A stretch of 54,200 nt of DNA, the filler included, from Bipalium vagum (taxonomy: Eukaryota), in assembly GCA_037834085.1 (NCBI GenBank). It is 3 parts of 3 records of this genome, joined end to end, with 100 filler letters (N's around TTAATTAATTAA, not from the genome) between each part and the next. Parts side by side here need not be neighbours in the genome. Positions count along the whole stretch, not along the records: positions 16,015 to 36,956 come from JBBMKC010244254.1; positions 37,057 to 54,200 come from JBBMKC010076806.1; 1 more part is not named here. One strand, written 5' to 3'. Both the position numbers and the translations under genes were made by a program. Below the pieces are notes generated by a model. The model saw only the letters and a list, made by a program, of their open reading frames with translations. It ran no database searches and had not been told where the DNA came from. Every line of letters starts with the position of its first letter. Position 1 is the stretch's first letter. Shown here one piece after another: positions 25,674 to 37,680 of the stretch.

Positions 25674-26837
25674 ATCGCCCAAAATTATCAAATAGGATCT
25701 CAAATTAAATACGAACAGGAATTGACAAATAATCAGCCGCAAGCTCAACAACAACAAACAATGAACAATACACAGGTTCTGGACATATCAGACAATTCCA
25801 ATATCGAGGATAAAACCAAACGAAAGCCAAGGAGACGCATTCCTAACAAAGCTCCAGCAATTTCCAACTCAATATCGAATGATGGAGAGAATAATCCAGT
25901 CCAAAATCAGTCGAACAACCAAGAAGAACGTTTACTTGATCACAAAGGCCGACCATTTATTTACAATTGTCCAAACTGTCCCAAGAAGTTTACTCTCAAT
26001 TCCCGATTAACAGCACATCTTCGATGTCACACAGGAATCCGACCTTATACTTGCGTTCAATGTGGGTTTTCTTTTACACAGAAAAGTTATCTGATCAGGC
26101 ACGCTGCTGTTCATACGGAAGAACGACCTTTTACTTGCGAACGATGCTTGAAGACCTACAAACATTATGGATCTCTGGCCAATCACAGAAAATTGCATCG
26201 CAAGGAAGACAAAAGTGGTACTTCTGATATATCAGAATCGAATTGCCAGTCGGACCAAAAAGCGGTTTGCGACAACAACAATGTCGTGACAACCACCACA
26301 ATGGTTGATCAAACAAACCTTGACAATATTCTTCAACTGCATTCGGACTGGTCGACAGTTGCATCATCGATCAGTGACAACAGCACTTACCTCATCGCTA
26401 ATACGAAATCGGAAACGACTAATATCGCTTATTATTCCCAGTCTTCAACGGTCAATGTGTCACAAGTTTTATCCGGCAGCGGGCCCGTTGCCTTTCCCGA
26501 TCAACAACTGAACCACGGTCTGGAAAACGTAGTCTCTTCCAATCAACAAGCTTTAATGGAATGTGTCCAGAGTCAGACTTTCTGTGCCACAAACCAGTCG
26601 GAAATCAACAAATGCCATATCAAAAACAATCAGTCCATGTTCCTGGATCTGCAGCTGTTACCTTCATCGTCCACCCAAACTCATAACAACACGGATGCCA
26701 TCATCTACACTCACATTGAGGTAAATCGCGATCAACAGCAACAACAACAACAGCAACATCAGCAGCAACAACAACAACAACAGCAACAACAGCAGCAGCA
26801 GCAGACACACAAGTACAGCTCGACGTCCAACGTTTAG
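25674..26837 (+). CDS. C2H2 zinc-finger transcription factor (3 fingers, C-terminal polyQ); 5' end uncertain
   Basis: Three Cx2C-x12-Hx3H fingers with TGIRPY and TEERPF linkers, a basic NLS-like KRKPRRR, and a polyQ tail. Frame is open from acceptor ctttttcgtag| at 25674; first ATG at 25761; stop at 26835-26837. Confidence 0.9.
   Translation: MAQNYQIGSQIKYEQELTNNQPQAQQQQTMNNTQVLDISDNSNIEDKTKRKPRRRIPNKAPAISNSISNDGENNPVQNQSNNQEERLLDHKGRPFIYNCPNCPKKFTLNSRLTAHLRCHTGIRPYTCVQCGFSFTQKSYLIRHAAVHTEERPFTCERCLKTYKHYGSLANHRKLHRKEDKSGTSDISESNCQSDQKAVCDNNNVVTTTTMVDQTNLDNILQLHSDWSTVASSISDNSTYLIANTKSETTNIAYYSQSSTVNVSQVLSGSGPVAFPDQQLNHGLENVVSSNQQALMECVQSQTFCATNQSEINKCHIKNNQSMFLDLQLLPSSSTQTHNNTDAIIYTHIEVNRDQQQQQQQQHQQQQQQQQQQQQQQQTHKYSSTSNV
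26732..26804 (+). repeat. CAA/CAG polyglutamine repeat
   Basis: Q8-H-Q15 encoded by mixed CAA/CAG codons. Confidence 0.9.
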
Positions 26838-27094
26838 AAAATATTTTATCCTCTCTATCTCAAAGCCATTCTAACTCAACAGATTAATTATCAATTTTTT
26901 TCCAATTACGTTTTCGAACCCACCCAACGAAACGATACCTACCGCCGCCCGTCGCTCGTCTCCTTCTCTCTTGTTTCCATTCGATGGTCGGGCATGGATA
27001 ATCGGATTGATTTTTCTGGCATATTTTCGAAAAAAACAGCTTTCTTCACTGTTTCAATCGCAGCAAAAGAAATAATAATAGCAACAACAAACCC

Positions 27095-27160
<66 letters not shown>
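27095..27160. repeat. (TAT)n microsatellite
   Basis: About 22 units; causes the spurious poly-Ile ORFs. Confidence 0.95.
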
Positions 27161-27161
<1 letters not shown>

Positions 27162-28029
27162 TTATTTAAATACATCAATTAGAATTATGAAGAAATTTCC
27201 TTCCATGTATTTTCTCTGGGAATAATTTCTTCCTTTGAAATGCATCTCAATAATGCTTTATTCTTTAAATGAACTGCGTCAACAATCAAAAATTCTTTAA
27301 ATATAAGAGGAAAATTTTTACAATTTATTTTGATTCCCTCAATTTCAATGGACAGTTTTTTTAGTATTTTTGGAATTTTATATGAAGCCAAAAAATGTAA
27401 ATTATACATGGAGAAGGAATGAAAAGAGAAAATAAAAATTATGTATCACAGGAAAAGATTTATGGAAAGATATAAAAAAGATATTACAAATTAAAAAATT
27501 AATTCCTAAAAGATTTTTTATCCTTTCAAAATTCATGAAGCCAAAAAACTCTTATTAAAATTAGAAATGTAATAAAGTTTCTTTACGTTTTACTCGACAT
27601 TCTTCATTTTGAGACTCAGAAATTTGCATATATTAATACATTAAGAAAAATAATATTTTCGCTGGTTCTTTTTAATTATTTTATCAAAAAAATTTTTTTG
27701 TTGATATCAGAAAAAATAAGCAAAAGAAATTGGAGGAGACTTTATAAAATTTGTTATTATCCACCTGGAATGGATAAAATATAAATTAAAGGAGATTTGC
27801 CCTTATTCTCTTCTATCATAGAAATTAATAGAATTTTTCATTTGAGAAATATTTTGTTTCAAATCTTCTCATAATAAAAGCCGTTTCATTTTCTGTTTTG
27901 AATATGAACTTTTATTTTAATTTCATTTGTTTTAAATTTTCGTTTTTACATGTATTAATGTTCACTATTTTATGTATGCATCCATTTATAAACGATTGTA
28001 AATAATTCAAATTTATTACCTAAGTACCC

Positions 28030-28470
28030 GTTTAATTGTGGAAACTTTACGCGTATTAAAACCGATTTTCCGACTAGAAAAACAGTGGAACCTCCGGTGC
28101 AAAAGTTTAAGTCAACATATTTGCTTATGAATGTTACGACTCCAATAAGACAAAGAAAGTGCGGTGTGCAAAAAATATTCCAGCTGTTATAATGTCTATT
28201 AAAACAAATCCAAATGAATTATTGACGGTACTTGCCACACATCTGGTTAAATAGTCCAATTATTGAAATCAAAGTTTGGTAAGTGTGTTATTTGGCCGTC
28301 TTGTTCGTATTTATTTTGACACCGCTTACTTTTTTCTTTTGGGATATGTTAAATCATTGATCTAAAGCAAGTCAGACAGTTTGGAACTTCTCAAAACCAA
28401 TATCGGACATCCTATTGGTAGAATTTCATCTGATTTGTATAAAAGAATAATGGAAAATTAGATTCAACGA
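28030..28470 (+). mobile_element. Decayed rosa/maT-type ITm transposase relic
   Basis: IWPSCS..LTPLTFFFWDML/GYVKSLI resembles WPPRSPDLTPLDFFLWGYVKS. Confidence 0.55.
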
Positions 28471-28766
28471 TTCAATTCTGCAAACTTGTTCTCGGAGGAC
28501 ATATAAGTCATCACTTATGTTGAGTTCCATAATGGTAATTTGTGTACTTTAGTTTGAAATAAAAGTTAAATAAGTGTTTTTTTCGCTAAAAATGTGATGT
28601 CCTTAATGGAACACTATAATAAACAAGGATGTGGCAAAGGTGAATAAGAAATTTTGATAAGCATTAAAAGTAGACTGTTCAGTGATATTGAGGTCAAGAA
28701 AATTTAGGACAATATTGGATGGAATTCCAAACAAAAATTAAACTATTCCACATAACCAAAAAATAC

Positions 28767-29081
28767 CTTGATAAACTTCTCCAAAATTCCCTGATCCCAA
28801 ACTTTTCAAAAGTTCAATTGAATTTCTATTGATTTCCCATCGATCTCGCGTATTTCTTGATAGATCTGAAGTAACAGGAGGTGGTCTTGGACATGCTCTA
28901 GTCAATTTACAACAAAGACCATTTGCATCTTTAGAATAAAAATCAACTAATTCTGTTAAAGTAGCAAAAATTTTTCTGGAAGTAATACAAAAGCCTTCTT
29001 CCATAGATTCATTAAATCGCCTTTTTCGGACTCGATAATGGTTAACAGTACCACTGAAATTGACCGATAAAGATAACTGGT
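28767..29081 (-). CDS. Src-family kinase exon 4 (SH2 C-terminal half, linker, kinase P-loop); Src42A/Frk-like
   Basis: ttttcag|, reads (D)QLSLSV...HYRV...LVDFYSKDANGLCCKL...RDRWEINRNSIELLKSLGSGNFGEVYQ(G), then G|GTATTT. Downstream kinase exons not found. Confidence 0.92.
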
Positions 29082-32000
29082 CTGAAAACATGATTATGGC
29101 AATTAAGTAAATGTAGTAGTATTAGTATTATTATTAGTATTATTATCCATTTCAAAGTTAATATTATTGATTAACACATTTTTAAAGAATTTAATAAAAA
29201 AATCATAAAACGGCATATACATAAGTCAAGAGAGGAATCTCAAAATAATAATTATTCTAATTAATGCTGACAATTGATACTTTTTGATCTTTCCAATTTT
29301 ATTTCGAAATTTTCCATTATTTATAATGGTTGATTAAATATAGAAATTTCAATTTCCTTAATATAAAAAATACCTACCATAATAGAAAAAGATAATTAAA
29401 CTAAAAGAAATTAATTTAAAATAAAACTGATAAATAATTATGGTTTTCCTATTTTGACAAAAATACCAGAACCTTTACTATCTGTTAAAAACAGACCGTA
29501 ACAAATTGGTAATAAAAATTAATAATATTTATAAAAATAGATAAAATCTTTTTATTCTCTTGACTGACAACATGTCAATATGTTGGAAGGATAAATATAA
29601 ATAAAAATATGATAAAACATCATATTTAATTAAATTAAATATTAATAACTATTTCGTGTAATTTTAATAAACCGACAATTTTCAAGAATTTTACAAAACC
29701 TATTAATTATTAATGTTAAGTTGAATATTAAATTAATTATTGTTCACTTTACTTTCGGACCCATGGGAGAAATAAAATAAAAAGTATTCTAATTTATATT
29801 TTATTATGATATTTTATCTACGCTATTTATAAACAAAAAAGATATTTAAAATTTTTTTCGAATTTTTTTGGTTTGGTTTTTTAAGATAAACAAATATTAT
29901 TGTAAAATTATTAAAAAAATAAAACAATGCAAAGATAAAAGTCATATATACTATAAAGAAACTTAAAGGAAAAGAAATTATTAAAAATCACAAAATTTAT
30001 ACATTTTTTATTCATAAAAATTTCAAATTTTATTGCAAAATCCCTTTTACATACTTAGAATATCAAGTACAAGAATATCAATAAGTATATTCATTGATAT
30101 TAAAATTAGTTAATAATTATTATTTATTACTTATAAAAATTTATTAATTTTATTAATTTATTAATTATATTGATTTATTAATCTTAATAAATTATTTAAT
30201 TAATATTAGTTATTAATAAAAACTTGAAAATTTGTTAATTATTAATTTTTTTATTAACGTTATAAACGAATGAATATATATCCATTAAAAAGACAATAAA
30301 TCTCGCTTAACGACAGCTAAAGCAAAATTTTATAGGTGTTGTATGAAATTTCACATTTGAAGATTTCAATAATTAATATAGAAAACAAAATCTGGGTTTC
30401 CTCTTTTTACAAAAATGATAGTGGCTTCAGCCCATAAAATATGGGATTTCTGATAAACTGATTCATTTTTTATCCGCTCATTAGAAAATAATGTATCCAA
30501 TTGATAAATCCCAATCTTAGAAAAATGGTATTACTTAAAGCATTAATGGATTAGCATCCCATTAACTACACATATCTATACATTGGAGTGATATAACTAA
30601 TACGTCCACGTTGGCTTCAAGTATTCAAGATGAAAATATATATCTTTAATATGATTTCGTTGAGAAATGGAGTGAAAAGAAATTGAGGAAACATGACCCG
30701 TCAATATTCATAGGATAGTTTCCTCAATTCTATTTTTGTTCATCTAAGCTTTCAATTCAACGGTGAGATATTTATTTAAGATTAAGACGTAATTAAAATC
30801 ATTTCCATTATACCTTATTTTCAGTAATCCCAATGAAGTATCATCATTAGGATTCCAAAACTACAATCTACAGCCCATTTTAATTAATATATATTATCAA
30901 TTGTGGTATTAAAGTTGCAAGAAATTATAAAACTAATCATAAAATCAATTGAATTTCCAAGTTATAAATAAAATAATATTTTTATAATCATTATTTTTTC
31001 ATTGCTAAACTTTATTGCACTCCAGCAGTAAACTGGTGCCTTTTTCTTCGAAGACTCATTGCAGTAAAAAATAGACGAAATGATTAAGCAGCCCAGCATG
31101 CTTGATATGAAAGAAAAGGATTACATTTATCTTTTCTATATTCCAAATGGATTTATTTATTTTTTATCCCGTATTTTTCATTGCCATCGAAAATAACTAT
31201 CTTGGACATAATTCATTTTAATTATTTCTTAGAATAAAAATAAATAAATATAAACTTCTCCTAATATTACTTCCTTAATTTGTACAATTTGTCTATACTT
31301 TCTCATAAAAAAAAGTCTTGTAAAAATCGATATTTAATCATTAGAGATATATTTTGCGAGCCAAAAACCAGTTTGGTTAAGAAAAATAAAAAAAGGTAAT
31401 AGACTAACAGATATAATCTCGATATATTGTCAATCTATAAATTTTTTATGAAATTGTTTTTTAAAAATATATACTAAAAAAATAATAATTAAGAAAATAG
31501 AAAATATACCTATATCGTATATAGTATAACATTATAATAATAATGTAATATACATAGAAAAATAATTAAAAATATATTTAAGCTAAATTATTTTAATAAA
31601 TGAATATCGTTAATATATATTGTTAAAATATTCTGTTATTTCTAATCTTATAAATAAATTAATTATTAATAAAAAATATGTTGATGGAACTATTTATATC
31701 TTTTTTAAAATCCAACAATGTTTTTAATTATATGAAAAAAACTTGAATTTTTTTTAATTAAAATTTTCTACAATTTTTGTTTTATTATTACTTTATCTTG
31801 AAATTTCTAATTTAAAAAAATTATTATTTATTCGTTTTAATATTAAAAAAATAATGCTATTGATAAACGCCCAAGGAAAATTTTTTAGAAATTTAATTTC
31901 CAATAAAATGATTATTTTACATCAATAGAAAAAATTGAACTTTTACAAAGAAACCAAATTAAAATTTAGGCGGTCTTTTCAATCAGGTCAACAAATTTCG

Positions 32001-33001
32001 GATATTTATGTTTTGATATTATTTTATTATATTTAAGAGTCAATATTAATAAATTTGATTTAATAAATTTAATAATAAATAATCCAATTAGTTTTCTTAT
32101 ATTTATAATAATAATTTTTGTAAATTAAATTAACAATAGACACAAATCATAACAAAAATAGTTAATGAATTTTAATATTTTGAATTACACAGTTAATTTT
32201 TAAAAAAATCAATAAAATCCTTATTTTCAAAAATATTATATTAATTAACTAGCAGATAAATATTTTTTTTAAAAACGAAAATTACACATGAAATATAGAT
32301 ATAAAATATTAATAAATCGGAATATAAATTATTAAAAATAATATTATGAAAAATAGACAAATAATAATTACATATAATTTTTTATAATTACATATAATAA
32401 AATTAAATTCTTATATTTTGAAAAAAATTTATTTATCTCCATTAAATTATTGCTAAATAAAATACTTTATATAATCTTGAACCAGAAATGTTATTAAGTA
32501 ATATAATAAATGTTAAATAGAAAACCTATATATCAATATTATTTTATCAATTAAAGAAATTCATTATATATTGTAAAATAATTAATTAGTCAGGATACAA
32601 ATTATAGTTGAAAAATGTAAAATTAAATATCATTATATGAAATAAAAATTTAATCTTTTATCTAAAAGTAATTCGATTCAATTGTTCTTATAAATCTTAG
32701 GGTAACAAAGCCTAATAACATTCGGACCTACTTCTCATTATCGAAACAATAATAAAATTAGTTGAGCTTTTTCTATGAAAATTTCATATAAAATAAAAAA
32801 AGTCAATATCGATAAATGTCTTTAAAAGTAGCTATTACAAATGCAAAGAAATAATTGTCCAAAAATAATGACATGGTTGTAAGGTGTGCACATGAACAAT
32901 TAAAAAAAACGACACATAGAGGTCCTTGTGCCTAATAATTTATGATTCACTTTATTTCAAAAAAATTCGGAAAGAAAAAACTATATTATGTTAAGAAATC
33001 A

Positions 33002-33148
<147 letters not shown>

Positions 33149-33166
33149 TTAAGATATTAAAACTAC

Positions 33167-33265
33167 TCTTCAGCTTCAACTGATCCTCTTAAGGCGATAT
33201 AGGATTTAGGAATGTATCCTTTAACTCCATGTCCAATATGTTCTACAAACCACCAATCTAAATCT
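33167..33265 (-). CDS. Src-family kinase exon 2 (SH3 C-terminal half)
   Basis: tatag|, reads (S)DLDWWFVEHIGHGVKGYIPKSYIALRGSVEAE, then GA|GTAGTT. Not in the ORF track. Confidence 0.9.
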
Positions 33266-34010
33266 CTATAATAAAAATTGAAGTTAATTTAATAAAAAGA
33301 TTATTAAATATTATCTTTCAGAATATATTATGTTAATAATATTAACAATTATGTTAATAATAGTAATAATAGTAAAAAATTGATTTAGAATAATATATTT
33401 AATTTAAAAATAGAAAATTTCGAAAAAATGTTATTACTCATAAATGAAAATTTAACTTGTACTTAATTTAATAAATAAACATATTATTTAAGATAAACAT
33501 CGACATTTGTCATTTTCTTCACGAACATTTTGTCAATTATGAAAGAATCAATAAATTTTAAGAATTCCCAATTTATATTTATTGATAAAAATAGTACGAA
33601 TAGTGTTAGGAAAAGTATTAATAATATAAAATAATATTGAGAAAATGATAGGAAGTACTTTAAATACAATAAAGCAATCATAAAATATTTCTTTAGATAA
33701 AAATTCTTTCAATGAATTCCAATTATGGCTCAGTATTTCTCATTCATGTACTATTCAGCTGATATTTCTGACAATGCCTTTTTGAAAATGTTAAGATATT
33801 ATAATTTATTGATGTTGGATTGTAATTAGAATTTTAATGTTATTAAAACTAAATATTATTATATTAAATATTAATGTAATTTTTTAAAACAAATTGATTT
33901 ATGCAAAGTATATTTTTCTCTTTTATAAATGATCCAAAATTCATGGTTGTTTATATATATTTCAAATTTATCACTAAATAATTCAAATGACTTGTTAGGT
34001 TCAAATAAAT

Positions 34011-34082
34011 TGGAGACACCGGGATTCGAACCCGGGACCTTTCACATGCGCATGGACTGCTCTACCGCTGAGCTACGTCCCC
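34011..34082 (-). tRNA. tRNA-Ala-like gene (nominal anticodon CGC) with an aberrant anticodon arm; copy 3 of the tRNA-derived family
   Basis: GGGGACG-TA-GCTC-AGCGGTA-GAGC-A-GTCCA-TGCGCAT-GTGAA-AGGTC-CCGGG-TTCGAAT-CCCGG-TGTCTCC-A. Acceptor (G3:U70, A73), D and T arms and A/B boxes are intact; the anticodon stem pairs only 2/5 and position 33 is G. Confidence 0.8.
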
Positions 34083-35498
34083 CGTTCATTTGTCATCTAA
34101 ACTCCTTACATGACTAATTTCAATATTACACAAGCACTAAATAGTATTTATTTTTATTAAAAAAATTAAATATTAGAAATAATATTTTTCATTTTATAAA
34201 AATGACATTAATTTTTTTTTATTTTTACTTTTACATATTTCGAACTAATGACAAAAATGATAACATGAACCATTAATTTCAATATTAGTCAAACACAAAT
34301 TAATATTTTGTATTTTTTATTAGGAAAATAGTATCAATTCAAGATTCCAATTTAATGGAAAAGATTTTATTGACGAACTTGGAAACGGTGTTCTTAAACT
34401 ACGATGAAAGTGAGACACAAAATGTCAAGAAAATATTCTCTCACCAGCCAATGAAATACAGACAGCCACTGACCAATGGAAATTGCTGCCAAAATAATAG
34501 AAACAATCATGGCATTAGATTATTTGTCATAAAGAACCATTTTAGCATCATCTGTGCAGTGCTGTTTTATTATCAACATAATCATCATGATCACCATCAC
34601 CATCATCATCATCTTTACCATTATTACAACTATTAACAAGTGGCCAATAATTCAATGGATAAAATCAATACTACTATGGTGGTATGAAAAAATATCATTT
34701 CACTAAAGATATACATGAAAAATAATTATATTAGTAAACTGACGAAAATCTGATAATAATTCCACCAGTTATTCCATCGATGATACCGTTTATTGTGACA
34801 GTATATGTTCTGTCACTGATGATTGGTAAAATAAAATCAAATAACAACAGAAAAATCACAGAACTTAACCCAAAAATAAAATTGTGTAAATAATCAATTA
34901 ATTTTTTTAATAAATAATTGTTATAAAACGGGTATTGCGTCTCATTGTGATTTCAAATTAAAACATCAACTGAGAATTGGTCAATTGTTTATCATTTTAT
35001 TTTCATATAGTGAATTGTAATTGAAAGACCTTCATCTGTTGACAGAAAAACAAAATCATGTATAAAAAAGGAATGGAAAACTTTGTACTATTCAACTAAA
35101 AAACCAAACTTTATTCATTGATCTTTAATCAGTTAGCTGACAGAAATGCTGAGAGTGCAAATTGCTATCCCTGGAAACACATGTTAGAATGGCATCAACT
35201 TCCAACCAATAGTTGGATGTCTGGAATCAGTTACTTCGTCGGCTCATTTGTTACAATAAAGAACATTATGTCATTTTTATTGTTTTTTTTTACATTTTCC
35301 ATGAATAAAATAGAGAAAAATCATAATTTTTACTTAGGTAAAATTAATGGGTTTGCTAAAGAAAAAAATGTTTACTGCAAAAATATATTAGTATTTGTAA
35401 TATGAAATAGTTTAAAACTTTTAAATAAAAAATATAAAATAACATTATTATATTTTATCAATAATAGTTTTTTAAGAAAAACGAAAATGAATTCTTAC

Positions 35499-36100
35499 GA
35501 ATCATCAATAACTTTCAAATAGTCTGCTTTTCTAATAGAAATCTCTTCTTCATCTCTGGCATTGTAATCGAATAGAGCTATGAAAACTTCATTCTCAATA
35601 TTATACATTGGTTGTGTGGCTTCTGGTCCCATTACTGATGTGAGATACGCTGAAGTGGGCTGACTGACGGATTCAGGAGACTGGTGAAGTTTTTTCAGAT
35701 ATTGATCAACTGAAGATTCAATGAAGGAATGTCGTGTTGCTTGCAAAGTGGGTTTTGAATTGATAGTTAATGGAGAAGAGCAATTACTAAAGGACAGCAC
35801 AACTTCATTTTGTGAAGATATAATTGAATTTGGATGAGCAATTAAATTATTAGAAGAAGATTTCGGGGTATTAGGATAGGAATGGTTTTTTGGCTTTTGA
35901 AACGGAGGATTCATGCGCATACGAGCAATCTGATCTATACTGGCAGCCGAATCTTCATCTACAGTTGGCTGGCTTAATTTACAATCCGAAAGCCCAGGAC
36001 TACTATAAGAAGATGAAATTTTCTGTACAACTCCATTTTCCTTTTTAACTGGATTCTGAATTGAAACTGAGCTTTCAGATTTTCCAAGACAATTTCCCAT
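35499..36100 (-). CDS. Src-family tyrosine kinase, coding exon 1 (SH4, long unique region, start of SH3)
   Basis: MGNCLGK (Gly2 myristoylation, Cys4 candidate palmitoylation); FIALFDYNARDEEEISIRKADYLKVIDD. Phase-2 donor TC|GTAAG. Confidence 0.92.
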
Positions 36101-36776
36101 CGTTAATCATACTCAATTTCAATTAAATTTAAAGAAAGAATTTAAAACGAATAGTTTAATCAACAAAATTTTAGAACACCATGCGCTTCATTACTAGTAC
36201 CATGTTTTATATTTTTGCCAATATAGTGAGTAAAATTTATTCAGTAAAACAAATCAAATTCTAAAATTTGGCTTTGAAGTTAATTAAATTTTACCCAAAA
36301 TAATATGTATTTATCTCTAAAAAGAATTATTATTTTTAAGCAGTTATTTTGATAAAATTATTTTAAGAACTTTCAAGCATTTGAATAATGTCCTGAGATA
36401 ATAATGAAATTAAAATCCAGTTATAATATAATATGATAAAAAGATATTAAATTTATAATTACAATGTTGTACATTTTATATTATTATTTCTTATATATTT
36501 TTTATACGTATAATGTGCTCTTAAAGGAAATATATAATTTTTAATATTGATGCTATAAATTGATGTTACATTATAATATTTTAAGAGCAAAAAAACTGAA
36601 TGAAAATGTTTAAGTAATAAAAATATATATATATATATATATATTCAATATTTATTCATTTACTTACATATTAAATAAAAGTTTTAATAATCAATTTTGA
36701 AAATAAAAAAAAATTTATTATAATGATATTTGAATATTTTTCGATAGTTTTCGTTCAGATCAATATCAGTCACATA

Positions 36777-36956
36777 CAGTTGAGTCTCGATATAACGAAT
36801 TTCAAGGGATCGATCAAATTACTTCGTTATATCAAAGTTTCGATAAATCGAAGTATGCATATTATGTAATATATATATATATATGACGTCATACAGATAT
36901 AATGTATTTAGCGTATCAAATTCCATTTACTACAAATAATAAAACAAAATCTTTTA
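36777..36956. mobile_element. pogo/Tigger-like element terminus cut by a spacer
   Basis: TA|CAGTTGAGTCTCGATATAACGAA...TTCGTTATATC, with the internal inverted motif typical of pogo ends. Confidence 0.65.
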
Positions 36957-37056
36957 NNNNNNNNNNNNNNNNNNNNNNNNNNNNNNNNNNNNNNNNNNNN
37001 TTAATTAATTAANNNNNNNNNNNNNNNNNNNNNNNNNNNNNNNNNNNNNNNNNNNN
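36957..37056. other. Artificial 100-bp assembly spacer
   Basis: N44 + TTAATTAATTAA + N44, identical to 15915-16014. Confidence 0.95.
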
Positions 37057-37480
37057 TTATGCAGTTTTAAAGTAGTACGTAATTTGTCGGAGAAAAAATT
37101 GAAAATTAATTTTTGACAGACTGGATTTCGGTTCATTACTCTCTTGAATTTAGAAATTTTTGAACAGCGCATTTTACAGAAGATGGATTTGGAGACTATG
37201 TCCACTCAACTGAGCTCCAAGAGCACCAAATCTTTTGTATGGGGATATCTTTCTTTGCGGGTATCTATAGACTAAGTATCTAAAGGGATTATACAAGAAA
37301 GTCAATGAAGATAAAAGATTTCACTATATTGATATTAAAATAAAAATGAATAAAAACCGATTGATATTAACAGATGTAATAGAATAAATTATAGGAAAAG
37401 TGTAAAACTTTTATGACTTCTTATCATCGTTTGTTACACATTTTATTAGTGGTAATGGATGTCATGTTGAAACATTAATT
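37057..37480 (+). mobile_element. rosa-type transposase C-terminal relic
   Basis: N*APRAPNLLYGDIFLCGYL ... NGCHVE. Confidence 0.55.
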
Positions 37481-37680
37481 TTTAATAAATGTATTTCGTT
37501 CTGTCAATATATTTTGAAAAATTAGTTTTTCAGTTATCATCTGAAAAAATATTTTGATAAAAACCTAATAAATATATTTTTACATAACATAGGTACAAAG
37601 AAAATCAATCACCAAAATAAAATTCGTTTTATTGTCACAATTTCAAAGTGAGTATCAAATTTTGCTATGAGTTATGTATA

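Noticed and set aside
26939-27182. Poly-Ile ORFs on both strands
   Set aside because: Produced by the (TAT)n microsatellite.
33929-34117. 62-aa ORF
   Set aside because: Antisense shadow of the tRNA-like gene.
34355-34636. 93-aa His-rich ORF
   Set aside because: The His run is a (CAT/CAC)n repeat in an intron; no domain or splice support.
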